Positions 31,846 to 45,162 of a stretch of 64,000 bases of DNA are shown here, in pieces (positions within the stretch are counted from its first letter, which is position 1; each line of letters opens with the position of its first letter). The notes beneath the pieces were generated by a model. It searched no databases. It was not told the DNA's origin and was given only the letters and a program-made list of their open reading frames with translations. The translations under genes were made by a program, and so were the position numbers. Where the stretch lies: assembly GCA_964016885.1 (NCBI GenBank), contig OZ024744.1, positions 70,060,001 to 70,124,000 on the forward strand, written 5' to 3'. This DNA is from Eledone cirrhosa. Its lineage: Eukaryota.

Positions 31846-34574
31846 CAAAGGTTCTCAACGGGGGGTATATGCACCCCCGGGGGGAGTTTCGGAACTCCGG
31901 GGGGAGGGGGTTCGGAGCAAGGGGCGTTAGGGGGGCGTTTGGAACTTTGGAGGACACTGGAAGGCTGTTTACTTCGGTAAGTTTTATAAGCCATATTTGT
32001 ATGTCTTTTAGACAGCCAGTGTGAATGCATTTGAATGAGCATGCAGATAGCATAACTATGGTCTGATCGCAGCTGTGAGCAGGTGTTCAAGCGTGTCTAG
32101 ACATTAACCGGCAATTGAGATCCTAACAATGGAAAAACCCACAGTCAACTGGGTCAAGGACACTTCGAGCGCAACCAGTTAGAATCTTATCTTTCCTTCA
32201 TCGATAACAATGTATTTCATGTGTGAAATTATTGACTCAACCGTAACGAGTTAATACTATGTAGATCTATTTTATTCCCTATTGTATAAATAATATTACA
32301 AATAAAAAAAGAAAAAAAAACACAGAAGCGGGTAGCACACACATCTAGGACCACATACAACACAATCAGATAATACACACATCTAGGACCACATGCAACA
32401 TATAAGGAGGTAGCACACACATCTAGGAGCACATACAACACACAAGCAGGTAATACTCACATCTAGGACCACATACAACACATAAGCAGGTAATACATAC
32501 ATCTAGGACCACATGTAACACATAAGGAGGTAGCACACACATCTAGGACCACATACAATACACAAGCAGGTAATACACACATTTAGGACCACATACAACA
32601 CATAAGCAGGTAGTACATACATCTAGGACCACATGCAATACATAAGGAGGTAATACAAACATCTAGGACCACATATAACACACAAGCAGGTAATACATAT
32701 AGCTGGGACCACATACAATACATAAGCAGGTAATACAAACATCTAGGACTACATACAACACACAGGAAGGTAATTATTGACTCAACCGTAACGAGTTAAC
32801 ACTATGTAGATCTATTTTATTCTCAATTGGACCAAATACAACACACATTGTATCATGTGCTACCGATGACGCAAGAGCAATGGTCGGCCAGCATAAGGGT
32901 TTCGTCACTCTTCTGAAGAGAGAAAATCTATCTGTATTTGTTGTTCATTGTGTCATTCATCGACAACACTTGGCTGCGAAGAAACTCAGCAAACTGCTGA
33001 GCAGGTCCTTTCAGGTGGCCATTGATGTCATCAATTTTATCAAATGGCATTCCCTCAATAAACGAATTTTCCGGCAACTGTGCCAAGATAATGACGAAGA
33101 ATTCGTCAAGTTGCTCCTTCATAATGAAGTGAGGTGGCTTTCAAAGGGCAAGTGCCTTACTCACTTCTTTGAACTGTTCGACTCTATCATTGAGTTTCTG
33201 CGAGGACGCAACACAGAACTGTACAAGAAAACCCTCGATGAGAGGCAAAACTGCGCCTACCTCACCGACATCGTCGACAAATGTAATAGCGTCATTTTGG
33301 CTTTGCTGGGGAAGAAGATCACCTTGCTTAAAGCAAGGAATGCTGTGAAAACATTCCTGGCCAAATTGAATATCATCGAAAGGAATCTGTGTTGACGGGA
33401 ATTCTATAATTTTCCTAGTGTCGCCAATGTTCAAAACATTTTAAGCGATGACCAACTCCAAATTTATACCGCTCATCTCCATGCGCTACAAGATAACATG
33501 AGAAAACGGTTTGTCGACATTTTGCCGATGGACATCCCAATGGGGATAGCAGATCCCTTCAGAGTTAACGTCGATGATTTGGACGTTATATTTCAGGAAG
33601 AATTCATTGAACTTTAAGCAGATGACATGATCAAAATTAAATTTCCCAAAATAGGTGAACCCCTTTTTTGGATGCAAGAGGAAATTCAGCGTCGATTTCC
33701 ACACCTACATGCATAGGCTAGAGATTTGCTCTGCCTTTTCCAAGCTCATACTTAGTCGAGAGGAGGTTTGGTGCTGTTTCCAGACTGCACAGTAAGGCTC
33801 GCAACCACTACAATGTAATTACATGTGGAGATCTCCGGCTACATCTTACGAAAAATCCAGCCTGACGTCAAAGAGTTAGCTAGACTCCTTGAAGTTCAAG
33901 GGTCCCATTGAAATGAGGTCAAAGTTATAGTAAGTTGATTTATCCGAAAACTTGGATATGCTATTGTTACAAAACAAACTAACAATTTTTTTATTTGTAG
34001 TTGCAGTCTGACTGGACTGGAAACCATCTACACCAATTCAATTACTCATTTGTTGTATATATTTTACCATTTACTAATAAATATACCCTCCCGCTTGGTC
34101 ATGAAAACCCTCTTCCAGGGTCTCTAAGCTCACAAAGCAGAGGGAACATCAAGTTAGATATCAACATTTATTCTGTCCGTTTCATTAAACGGAAAATTGG
34201 AAGCTTTGAAATGATTTAATTGCCACTTTCTTCCAGATAAGAGCACTCTTTGGATAGACAGAGTTGCTCTTGTATAAATGTTCAAAATAGTTGGTATCGC
34301 CTGGTGGGAATATAACAAATTCAACTGGTCCTTATTCATAAAAAAGAACATTTATGTTCCTTTTATTGAAATTTATATATTTCCTTTCAAGGAATGTATT
34401 TATACTCTCAGCTGCCTGCAATGGTATCTTTGGAATATTGTTAATCAATTTTTTAGTAATCTACTGATATCAAAATCAGTAGTATATTGAAAAATGGAAA
34501 AATAGGGTAGGGCGCGTTTCGTGATTTCAAGGGACAAAAGGGGGCGTTTGGCCTAAATGGGTTGAGAACATGTG
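31846..34574 (+). mobile_element. hAT (Charlie-like) DNA transposon, decayed
   Basis: TIRs CAAAGGTTCTCAAC / GTTGAGAACATGTG; 8-bp TSD CTCTAGGG at 31838-31845 and 34575-34582; transposase remnant 32880-33395 with HCVIHRQHLAAK and EVRWLSKG. Confidence 0.9.
32335..32770. repeat. 40-bp minisatellite flanked by a ~50-bp direct repeat (32227-32279 / 32773-32823)
   Basis: About 11 copies of ACATCTAGGACCACATACAACACATAAGCAGGTAATAC. Confidence 0.9.
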
Positions 34575-35519
34575 CTCTAGGGTAATATACCCTATTGAGT
34601 GCTTAGCTGCACAACCAGACTGCATTCGTTAGCTTGGCTGCAACCAGAGCTTCGATGATGCTGTACTAAATTTTGTATTATTATCTCCTAGAATTAACGA
34701 TTAATTGATTAATTTAATTAGACAATTCTATTGATTGATTAATTGTTTATGTTTGTTTGATAACTTCTAGTTGAGTGCTTAATTCGGTTTGTGTAAAGGA
34801 ATTTTATTCCTTTGTTCCAAATTTGAATTTGACCACCAAAACCGGGGGTTACCTCCCTTCGGGAAAACCATGTGCCTTCTACCAGTGTTTACTGCTATTA
34901 TTCACACCCAGACGGACGAGAACGAAAAACTTGTTGACGAAGTAAATTCCTCTGTTCTATCTTCCAAAAACCATTAACTTGCAGACCCGTGCAAGTAGAT
35001 TTTGGCGATTTCAGATTTACAGAAACCTAGCGGAGATATTATATATTATATGTGATGTATATTATATGGTATATATCATGTGTTGTGTATGGTATCGACG
35101 CAACGCTCCAGGTTTGTCATATTTTATCCTGAGTTCAGTTTTTTCCGTCGCTTTGGTCACTGCGGCCCGCCTATCGGTCGCTGTCTTCAATTTGCAAAGC
35201 TGTCTAAACGTAATGTTATAACTCTATATGTAAACATATACATACGAGGAATTGAACCCCATATCTTCCAGATACCGGCTTGACGATTTGACTTTTAAAT
35301 TAAGGAACCGTGTCTTTTTAGTTTAAAGGTTGCAGATGGCAACTTCTTTTTCCGTCTTGTAAGGGTCTTCCCCATATTTTATAAGTTATCTTTATAGCAT
35401 TCTACGCACGCGCGCACGCACACACACTCACACACACCAAATATATATCGACAGTCTATCGACTTTCGTAAAATCGGACCGAGCAAACAATGTTTCCGTT
35501 GGTCTTTCCAATTGGTAAT

Positions 35520-35670
35520 ACTATCTATCGGTCGCAACTCCAGGTAAAAGGAGCAACGTGAAATAAAATGTCTTGTTCAAGGACATAACGCATCGCCCGG
35601 TCTGGGAATCGAACTGACAACCTCAGGATTGCGAATCCAATTCTCTAACTACTCAGCCACGCGCCTTCAT
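35520..35670 (-). mobile_element. tRNA-derived SINE
   Basis: Minus strand A box TGGCTGAGTAG, B box GTTCGATTCC, then GTCCTTGAACAAGACA. Confidence 0.7.
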
Positions 35671-35946
35671 ATAAATATATATGTTCGTTTTTAATTTCTG
35701 GGTACAAGCCGGACACACACAGAAACAAATTCTAGTTATATATATATATGCTTTTAATTAAGCATACATTGTATTGCAAAATACACTATATATACATTCA
35801 TATATATATCGCTATTACAGAGCACCAATTCTAATTTTCAATTTCTGCTTGACCGTCAACCGCTCTGTATAATCAGTTCCTGATTATTACTGAGAATTCT
35901 ATAAGAATCAAACATTCATGATTTTCAGCAAACAGGCGGAGTACTT

Positions 35947-35991
35947 AGCTTTGATAAGCACCAAAAAGTGCGAAACAGGACTCTGTCAGCT
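35947..35991 (+). ncRNA. Type I HHR, U3-A8 core variant, in a ~320-bp partial-tandem element
   Basis: AGCT-TTGATAA-GCAC..GTGC-GAAA-CAG GACT CTG-TC-AGCT. Confidence 0.8.
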
Positions 35992-36177
35992 TTATGTCCC
36001 CTGTTTGCTGAAAATTAAAGTAAGTGAGACTGTCCCTACTCTAAAACAATAGCCTAAGGTCTTCGAAATGCTTTTAATTAAGCATACAGTGTATTGCAAA
36101 ATACACTATATATACATTCACATATATATATATCGCTATTTCAGAGCAGCACCAATTGTAATATATATATATGTATG

Positions 36178-36272
<95 letters not shown>

Positions 36273-36288
36273 GTATACATATACATAT

Positions 36289-36323
<35 letters not shown>

Positions 36324-37029
36324 TATAAACGGAAAAAATGAAACGAAATTTCATTTCCCACTCTTAGTACGGCTGTTACTTAAATATAAGTATGTATACG
36401 TACATACATATATGTATACCTTCCTGCCAGATTGTTGAACGTATATACTTACCTTATGCATATTAACAGCTGAGTAGCCTAATTTGCATATCGAGTGAGT
36501 TAATCGGCCGGGCGTACCGAAAACGATAAACGGAAAAAATGAAACGAAATTTCATTTCCCACTCTTAGTACGGCTGTTACTCAAATATAAGTATGTATAC
36601 CTACATAGATATATGTATACAGACGTACAGTAGTATGTATATATATATACATACATGCACACATATATATATGTACGTATGGATTCACCGAACATTTATT
36701 ATAATGCTCGATGTGTTTGTAAACAAACATCCCGTATTAAGCCGGATAATACAATGTTACCTCTACTGGTTGTCAAGACATTATGGATGTCTAATATCCA
36801 TTTGGTAGATTTAAACATAGCACTCTCGGGTTAGCCATATTTCGCGCCACGTGTCGCATGTTAAGGAAAGCAAATTATTACGTGTTTCTGGTCTGAAACT
36901 ATCTGCTCTACTGTTTTGGCACAATGCATTACTCATCCGATAGATAGCTGTATCAGATCGTTGATTGGCTAATATTTACATGAGGTGCGTTAGTGCAACA
37001 GGGATCAACGCGTGTAAATTGACCTATTT

Positions 37030-37920
37030 ATCTGTTCACTATAGATCTCCCCGTCGGACGGGAAGAGTTGACAGGTCTGATATGGAGTTGAAATGCCCTG
37101 AAAGTCACTGACAGACACACTCCAGCATCTGGCTCACATTTCTAACATTATTGTAATAGCATCTACTTTTGGCTGACCTCATACCACCTTCATTCAGGCA
37201 CTTCAGCCACACTTGTCTCTCCTTCTCTCATCATTCATATTGCGTCCAACTCGCCTGGTCCAGCATAATTACTATACACAGTTTTTCCTCCACAGAATGC
37301 CAATCCTCTGGAAGTCTTTCCCTGCACTTGACTTTCATGCAGGAGTCGACTTACAAACATTTGCTTTGTTGATTGTTTATGCACGGAGCTAAAACATCAG
37401 TGCACCACAACACACAATTAGAAGAACCCATGGGTTCTCCCCCAAATGATAGCCCTAACTCTCCCTAAGAGGATTTCATAGCAAACGCACATCCTAAACA
37501 TAGCTAACACTATATCAACACAGTGGTCCTTTTCTTCAGGGCCAGAAAATACTTTATCCTCCAACAACAATGTTCAGGTAAAACCCACAATGGAGTTATG
37601 CCCCCATATCTGGGGCAGTGCTGCTGCTACACTACATCCATAAATAGGTCATTTGCTTAATTGGTAAGAAGTCACTGAGTAAACACACTCCAATCTCTGG
37701 TTCATATTTCAACTGTTACTGTAGTGGCATCTACTCCTAAGAGATGGCTGACCTCATGACATTTTCACTCGTGCACTCCCACCTTACTTATCTTTCCTCC
37801 TCTCATCACATATATTGTGTCCAACTCTCCAAGCCCAGCAATAACCGCTACGCACATTCCTTCTTCTCAAAACATCATCCCTCTGGAATTTTTTCCTAGC
37901 ACATGTTTTTCATATACTAG
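37030..37920 (+). mobile_element. Highly decayed CR1/L2/Jockey-group LINE 3' fragments (two related pieces)
   Basis: Remnants resembling ME..PHIWG.A and SLW..FP; 37110-37340 is similar to 37665-37910. Confidence 0.45.
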
Positions 37921-38229
37921 GAAATATAAACAATCTAGAATCCATAAATTATTGACCCATAGTTAACGATCTCTCTCTTTTGGAAACAGACTCCGAGACA
38001 TAGTTGCCAATATTTCTTTCCATAACTGTTCCAACAAGTTTCAAACTGAATTAAACAGAGGCCTCTAATCTTTTATATCCTCCAACAGAACATTCATACT
38101 ATGTGATAAAAACAACAACATATATGAATTAGATAACACTAAACATAACAACTTTCTACATAAGAGTATAACTACCAAATACAAAAAAGACAGACCCTAC
38201 TACTTATAATGACGTCAATGATTAGGCCA

Positions 38230-40900
38230 AGATTTTAGCCAGCTCTCTCATCATCACCCTTCGACCCTGTTGGCTGGAACACACTCGATAATTCCTCTCC
38301 ATACCGTACCAGCCAGCATTTGCTGTCTCCACTTCTCCGAGGTGAATCTCGTGAAATAGACTCTGGATAAGTTATTTTTCAACTATGAACACTTTCTGAA
38401 GGTTTCTATAGGGGAAGCGATGAACTTACTGCTTCTTGGTCTGCCCTAAAATAATGGCCAGCGAACTGTAGCCTTTTCTGAAATTGGACTCAGACGTCCG
38501 TTGATTGTTGTCTGGTTGGATACGACCACCAGCTAAGATTCTTCATTCATTCAAGTAAGTTGGTGTAGGTGCCATTTAAGCGTGTTTCTAAACGAGTAAC
38601 GGGTGTCCAAGTTTCTGAACCATATAAGACAATTAGCTCATCTAATCTCTGAAAGGTTTTCATTTTTAAAGAGGATGGGAGATTTGATTTCCAAATTTGA
38701 TCAAGTTGGTTACATACTTTGCATGCCAAAGATTTCTAGGTGTTCAATTTTTTTTTCTTTTTTTTTTTTTGTGAGTCCAGGTTATGCGATTCAAGATAGT
38801 TAAACTCCTTTATTTGTTTGATCAAGGGTTCGTTGAGAGATTACAGTTCAGTCGATTGAGGTGCTGTACTTCGAACTTTTGTTTTGTTATCATTACAGTA
38901 CAGTCCGATTAAATTTGATGCAATTTCCAATGATTGAAGAAGAGCTTCAGCGTCTTTGTTAGTTTGAGAAATGGGTGCATGGTCGTCTACAAAATCCAAG
39001 TCAGTAAGATATTGTGCTGGACATCGGCTGCTCTGTTGAGTTTCAGCCATTATTCCTTTCTTTTTCATGATATTAAGAGAAAGACGTTGCACATAATCTA
39101 AGACAAGGATAAACAGAAAGGGTGCTAGTGTGACACCATATAGGACACCTGCATTTATGTCAAATGCTTTGGTTTCATCATCAGGGGACAGAACAACAGT
39201 AATGGTATTAACATACGGCGTTCTTATGGTTTCAACAATTTGGTTTGGAATGTCATACAGAGGGAGAATTTCAAATATAAGGTCCCTAGAGACTGAATCA
39301 AAAGCTTCACGAAAATCAACAAAGTAGAGTGTGACTTCCTTGTTAAACTTTCTCATTTCCCCAAGAATCTTTCTAATAGTTGAACTGTCCCTTCGAAAAC
39401 AATTTTGATTTTTGCGTAGCAATGGAACCACTACTGTTACAAGTCTATCCAATAAAAGTTTATTGTAAATTTTGACAGCAATATAGGTGAGATTTATGCC
39501 ACGGTAATTGGTAGTTAGGATAAGGCCATCCCCCTTTGGCATTAGTACTATCCCACCTTTAAGCTAGGCAGACGGTAAATTGAGATTACAAAAAGTATGA
39601 TTACGTAACTCTAGTAGAAGTTAATAAAATATTGAATCCTTCCATATGAAAGTAGGAATGTTATCAAAGAAGACTTATTATTTGAGAAGGAGTTGACAGT
39701 TACTTTGATCTCATTGACAGTGAAAATGGTAAGCCATTGGCTTTGACTGGTTATCCTAGAAGTTTCTTGAAATATAAGAACCAATTTCATTTTTTCCCAT
39801 TTGAATTGTTCCCCTTTCACTCTATAGAAGGGTTTTTCTTTTCTTCTTGTTACTTTGTTAAATTTCCAAGATGCCGCGTGTTGGTTAACCGTGTGTAAAT
39901 AGGACATCTTGTCGTGCTGGTTAACTGTGTGTAAGTAGATTTCATCTTGGATGTATGCTTCTTCAATACTGGCATAGGTCTCATCATGTTTCTGCATGGC
40001 TTTTGAATCAGCTTTAAATGAATTTCTCAATCCATTTGCTTCGTAACGTTGTTTAGCATCATGAAGTTCTATTCTGAAATTAACTATTTTTGCTGTCGTG
40101 GTTGAGCTAGATATTACTATTGAAGAGCTAATAATTTCCATCAAGTAGATAACAACTAAGTCAGTATTGCAGATGGGCAACCAGAAACAAACCAGTGCTC
40201 ACCAATGTGAGCCGAACTCCCACTGTCATCGCCTCCATCGCTCTCGCCCTCCCCATCTGTCTGTAATGTGAGCAAATGGGGTCCCACGTGCTGGCCTCCC
40301 CACAGCCCTGGCAGACAGAATGGAGAAGGCGTTTCCCCGGAGGATGGTAAGGGAGATGCGCTGGAAGAGCCATTCCATCTCGCAAGGCTCACACCTGCAG
40401 CTAGTCAGCTCAGGCACATATGGTGGTGAGTAGGGAGGTAACCCTAGGGCCAAGGACACCAGAAGTCTCCACTGCCAATGGCACGACCGCAAACCTGTCG
40501 GAGAGCGACCGGTCTGTTCTTGTAGTTGATACAAGTGGATGTATATAAGAGCGTAACTTTTATGTTGTGTTCTCTTCTTTTTTAGCAACGTGTTTTAGAA
40601 AGTGTTATTTCCTCTGTACGTTGTTGATTTATTTAAGCGAGTGTCGATATCACCAGAGTGGTTTGTTACTGCATCATAACAGCTCTTGACATCAATGGCA
40701 AACCTCAGTGTCATGTTGGTGTTTGATGAGACTTCATTCCAGTCTATTTATTTAATCGAATTAAGTGACGGTCGCTTTGAACATTGATAACTAAATTTAG
40801 CGTGAATAGAGACTATTCAGAATTGAGATAGGACTAGTTAGCAAAAAAAATATATTCTTAGGAAAATAATAAGACCAACCAACTAAAGTGAGACAATAGC
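38230..40900 (-). mobile_element. Decayed RTE-group LINE (RT in 38841-39542)
   Basis: NYRGINL, VDFREAFDSV, GVLYGVTLAPFLF, LDFVDD, LYGSETW. Confidence 0.8.
40157..40480 (-). mobile_element. CRE-like element 3' end (REL tail) nested in the RTE-like LINE
   Basis: WLFQRISLTILRGNA, GC-rich island. Confidence 0.55.
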
Positions 40901-41139
40901 CAAACAGTCGTAAATTGACATTATAAATCTTTACCACTCGATATTAAAGACATTGTAGAGGGTCAGACGCCATGCTTTGCAACATAGTTACTGTCCTTTA
41001 CGGTCTGAGTTCAAATCCCGCTGAGGTTAAATTTGCCTTTCATCCTTACGTGGTCGATAAAATAAGGTACCAGTAATTCACTGGGATAATTGCTAGCCTT
41101 GTACCAAAAGTAGAAACAATTATTAGATAGACCTTTACA

Positions 41140-41850
41140 ATTCGCAAACAGATACATACATGATATTGATCTTTAAATTATATCCTACTCTAAAAAAACA
41201 CTCCTTTTTAACAATGAAGCAGCTTGTGTAAAAAAGACAGATGCCACGGATTTATTTGATGTCCGCGGTTTGGTGGGTTATGCATTTTTGGCGCTTTAAA
41301 AAGTAAATTCCCAGATTTTAGTACAAACCTATATCAAGACAATGGTTTGACCTTTAAGAGCCATAATAACAGTCTTGACCTTGATTTTTCAAGGAAAAAC
41401 ATCATAGCTACTCTCAATAGCCTATGGTAAAAAAAAAAATTACCGTAACCTCACTATTGTCAACCCCGTAGATGTTACTTTCGATCTAAACACACACGTA
41501 AACTTTACCACAAGAACTCATACCATCCACCTATAGTCTTCAAAAATGTAATAAACAACATAAGTAATAGCATCACTAATCTATCTTCTAATAAGGATAT
41601 CTTGATACTATAATAGTGTCCTAGCCAACAGTGGTTTTAAAAGTAAGATTTTTTACTATTCTAACCAATAACCTACATCTATAAACAAGCTAAATAGAAC
41701 TAGAAATATTGAATGGTTCAACTCCTTTCTCTCTAAATGTTAAGACCAACGTAGAAAAACAATTCTTAGCCCTCATAGACACACATTTTGTCATAAGCCA
41801 CAAATATTGTAAGATTTTTAACATATATACAATTAAAACTGGATAATCCT
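41140..41850 (+). mobile_element. Old decayed PLE RT fragment
   Basis: Remnants [24 protein letters not shown] resemble the other PLE ORFs. Confidence 0.6.
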
Positions 41851-42322
41851 ACATTTCTAGCAAATCCATGAGTCACCCCACGCCAGGCAAGTATACACTA
41901 TATTTTTAAATTTATATTAACTATTTTTTTTCAGTTCGTTATAACATGCTTATAATATTGATTGTATCATATTTACTTGTATATTTGTCCATATTATTGT
42001 TCGTTTTATGTTAGATTATTTTATTATTATTATTATGTTAGATTATTTTATTTTTTTATTAAGTTAGACTATTTGTATGTAATATTTAATTTTTATTAAT
42101 TCAACTATAACAATTATTATGTAAAATATATTTATTTAATATTGATTATTTTTTGTAGTTGTTTATATTAAAAGTCTGAAAATATTTTTATAACATATTT
42201 ATATTTATAAGATCATTTATAAAATAACAATTATATAATCTAATTACATTACAACAATAATTTATTATTAATATATATCATGTTTAATTAGAGTTATTAC
42301 AAGCGTTGCCTTAAAAAAATAT

Positions 42323-42773
42323 TAAACTAGACCTGAAAAATGCGCAAGCTCAAAAGAGCCACAGAATGTTATAATAAACCTTCAAAAGTGTGGGACTAGA
42401 GTTGTTGCTCAAAAATATTGTAATCATTATCTATCGTACACTCTGTGGCATCCTTTTATAAAAAGTAAAAATAGACTCATAACGAACTCAAGATGACACG
42501 ATAATTATTTAAGTGAATTTATAATATTAAATTCGGTTTAAGTGCATTTCGTATTAATCATTACTAAACATCTAATATGAGATATTGAACATTAGCTTAA
42601 ATAATTATCGTGTCATCTTGAGTTTGTTATGAGTCGCTTTTTTATAAAAGGATGTCACAGAGTGTATGATAGATAATGATTACAATATTTTTTAGCAACA
42701 ACTCTAGTCCCACACTTCTGAATGTTTATTATAACATTCTGTGGCTCTTTTGAGCTTGCGCATTTTTCAGGTC

Positions 42774-42780
<7 letters not shown>
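42323..42780. repeat. ~190-bp inverted repeat with ~80-bp spacer
   Basis: 42323-42513 is the reverse complement of 42596-42780. Confidence 0.9.
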
Positions 42781-42823
<43 letters not shown>

Positions 42824-42826
<3 letters not shown>

Positions 42827-45162
42827 AGCAGCATGGATTATAAATCTTATTGAGTCACGAGTAACATAATAATGATGTCAACAGCAGAAATTAGAAATGA
42901 AATGTATGTTTATTTTGTTGTAGCACAAATAATGTTGGTTAACTTGTATGGTTGAAGTTACACATAAAATGAGGTTACAAAAGGGAATGTGCCTTTGCGC
43001 CGGAAAGCCGGCAGGCTAAGGTGCAAAATCTCACCGTCACATGTACGTGTTGCTGGTTCGAAGATCCTGGTGCGAGAGAGAGATTCTTCAAATCTTCGCG
43101 GGTAATTTCTCCCTCAGGACGCGTAGGGATACATCCTCTTCTACTGGCGCTGATTGGCTGAGCTGAGCCAAATCACGCACAGAGAATGTATGTGAGCCCG
43201 CGGAATGTAGGTCACTACAATACTCCCCTCCTAGACGGAAATCGATACAGATTATTGAATCAGCAAGAACAAATGCTGAAAGAGCACATCAGTGAAAAAA
43301 TAATTGAGCAGAAGGATGCATGCAAGAAAAAAAATGAGGCGCTAAGGGCCGTGTTGAGCCGCTGTGTCAAATGACTAGCTGTTTTGTAGTGTATACGTGA
43401 CCACCAAAGGTCTAACAGAAAACGGATAAAGTCTGACATGGGCGAAGTTGCTGTTCTTGCATTAAATGTTAATGGCAAATGTTGTACCAGTAGCTGTGGA
43501 TGAAGCTATTATGGTAGTTTACCAGTGCTGGCAAGAAGATGATGGGTAGGCGAGAAAATGTTGGCCTCCCAGATGTATTGCCGAATGTGCTAGGGAGCCA
43601 AGAAAAAATGGCTGGTTGCTTTGAAAAGAAAAAAAAAGCAAGATGAATCTGTAGGTGGGTTGCAGTGTAAATTCCATAATTCGGGTGAATCCACAGAAGT
43701 GGTGGAAATGCTGACAAGTCCAGTTCTATTTGTTGTTTTCCCAGTGAGTCGGGTAAGATAACAAGATGGAGGTTGTTATGGACAATGAGTGTGCAACGAG
43801 ATGCGAAACTGTTTGAGTTCAGCTGCAATTAGCATTCTCGTGTTGCGGTGCCTGTCTGAATCCAGGTGAATTAAGCTCTATGAGTCGCTAGCATGTGACG
43901 GCACCTCAACCAGGTGAAAAGGGATCTCGCAGAATATTACGTTTGAAGAACATATACTAAGAACAACATGTTGGTAGGTGACAAAGAAATGTGTGCATAT
44001 GCAGGCATGGAAAACAGCAAAGAATGTGAATGAACAAAAACCATGAGCAAGCAAATAGCAAAAGAGCACAAAACAAGTAAATGCATTTTACAAAGAAATA
44101 TGTGAATGTAACAAACTGATAATTCAAAGTCAATATAAGGGAGCAGAGAAATTAATGCTCAATGATAAGTTCAAAGTTTTTCAAAGTCAAATAGTTCACA
44201 CATCACCAGTGTACAGATTTTCTGACACTAGTTCTATCTGAAAACTGAAAAAGAAGTTTGTTATGCCACTAGGGGTTAGATGTATATTGTTTTTGAGAGT
44301 TTTCGTGGCCATTTTACCGTCCTGCCACCTTGTGTGACATAAGGTTGTGTTGCTTGTTTGTATTGCAGGAAGCCGTATCGAAAGAAAAAAAAAATGTCTC
44401 CGGGCTATAATTTTGAAAATACATGTGAAAGCATAGAAGTAAACAATATGATGTGTGGTGGTTGCGTCGGTAAGGCTATGAAGCTGCTATATCACTATTC
44501 CCTGTTGTTGGTTAGTGGTTAAACAATGTTGTCGCTGCTGCTGCTGCTGCTGCTGCTGTTGTTGTTGATTGTAGACAGGACTTGTCGGTAGCCATTTTGA
44601 AATTTCCTCGTGGCGAAAAGTTTTTGAAATACTGCTAAATTTTTTTAAATTTTAAAAGGAATATTTTGTATTTTCGTAAGTTGCGAAAAGGTTGGCAACG
44701 TGGTAATAACAGTGAAGTTCAACTGAATAAAAAGGCTGCGTAAAATTCTTACGTCGGTCACCAGTTTAGCAGCATGGATTATAAATGAGATTGAGACACG
44801 AGTAACATAATAATGATGTCAACAGCAGAAATTAGAGATGAAATGTATGTTTATTTTTGTTGTAGCACAAATAATGTTGGTTAACTTGTATAGTTGAAGT
44901 TACACATAAAAATGAGGTTATAAAAGGGAATGTGCCATTGCGCCGGAAAGCCGGCAGGCTAAGGTGCAAAATCTCACCGTCACATGTACGTGTTGCTGGT
45001 TCGAAGTTCCTGGTGCGAGAGAGAGATTCTTCAAATCTTCGCGGGTAATTTCTCCCTCGGGACGCGTAGGGATACATCCTCTTCTACTGGCGCTGATTGG
45101 CTGAGCTGAGCCAAATCACGCACAGAGAATGTATGTGAGCCCGCGGAATGTAGGTCACTACA
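42824..45162 (-). mobile_element. Non-autonomous LTR retroelement (~397-bp LTRs, ~1.5-kb internal region)
   Basis: LTRs 42824-43219 and 44765-45162 start TGTAG on the minus strand; PBS TGGTGACCGACG (tRNA-Trp-like) at 44752-44763; PPT AGGAGGGGAG next to the 3' LTR. Confidence 0.85.

Larger units (their letters stand above)
31330..35225. repeat. ~510-bp direct repeat (31330-31842 / 34713-35225): partial-tandem element disrupted by the hAT
   Basis: Near-identical sequence on both sides of the transposon. Confidence 0.85.

Noticed and set aside
32335-32770. Regular 40-bp repeats resembling a CRISPR array
   Set aside because: No unique spacers, no cas genes and a eukaryotic context; it is a plain minisatellite.
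36830-36975. Minus-strand three-way junction with A-GAAA-CACGT
   Set aside because: No CUGANGA strand or adjacent UH site; single copy, so unsupported.
42330-42365. CTGAAAA..CAAAA as a HHR in the inverted repeat
   Set aside because: C3/A8 mismatch, no GAAA and no convincing stems.
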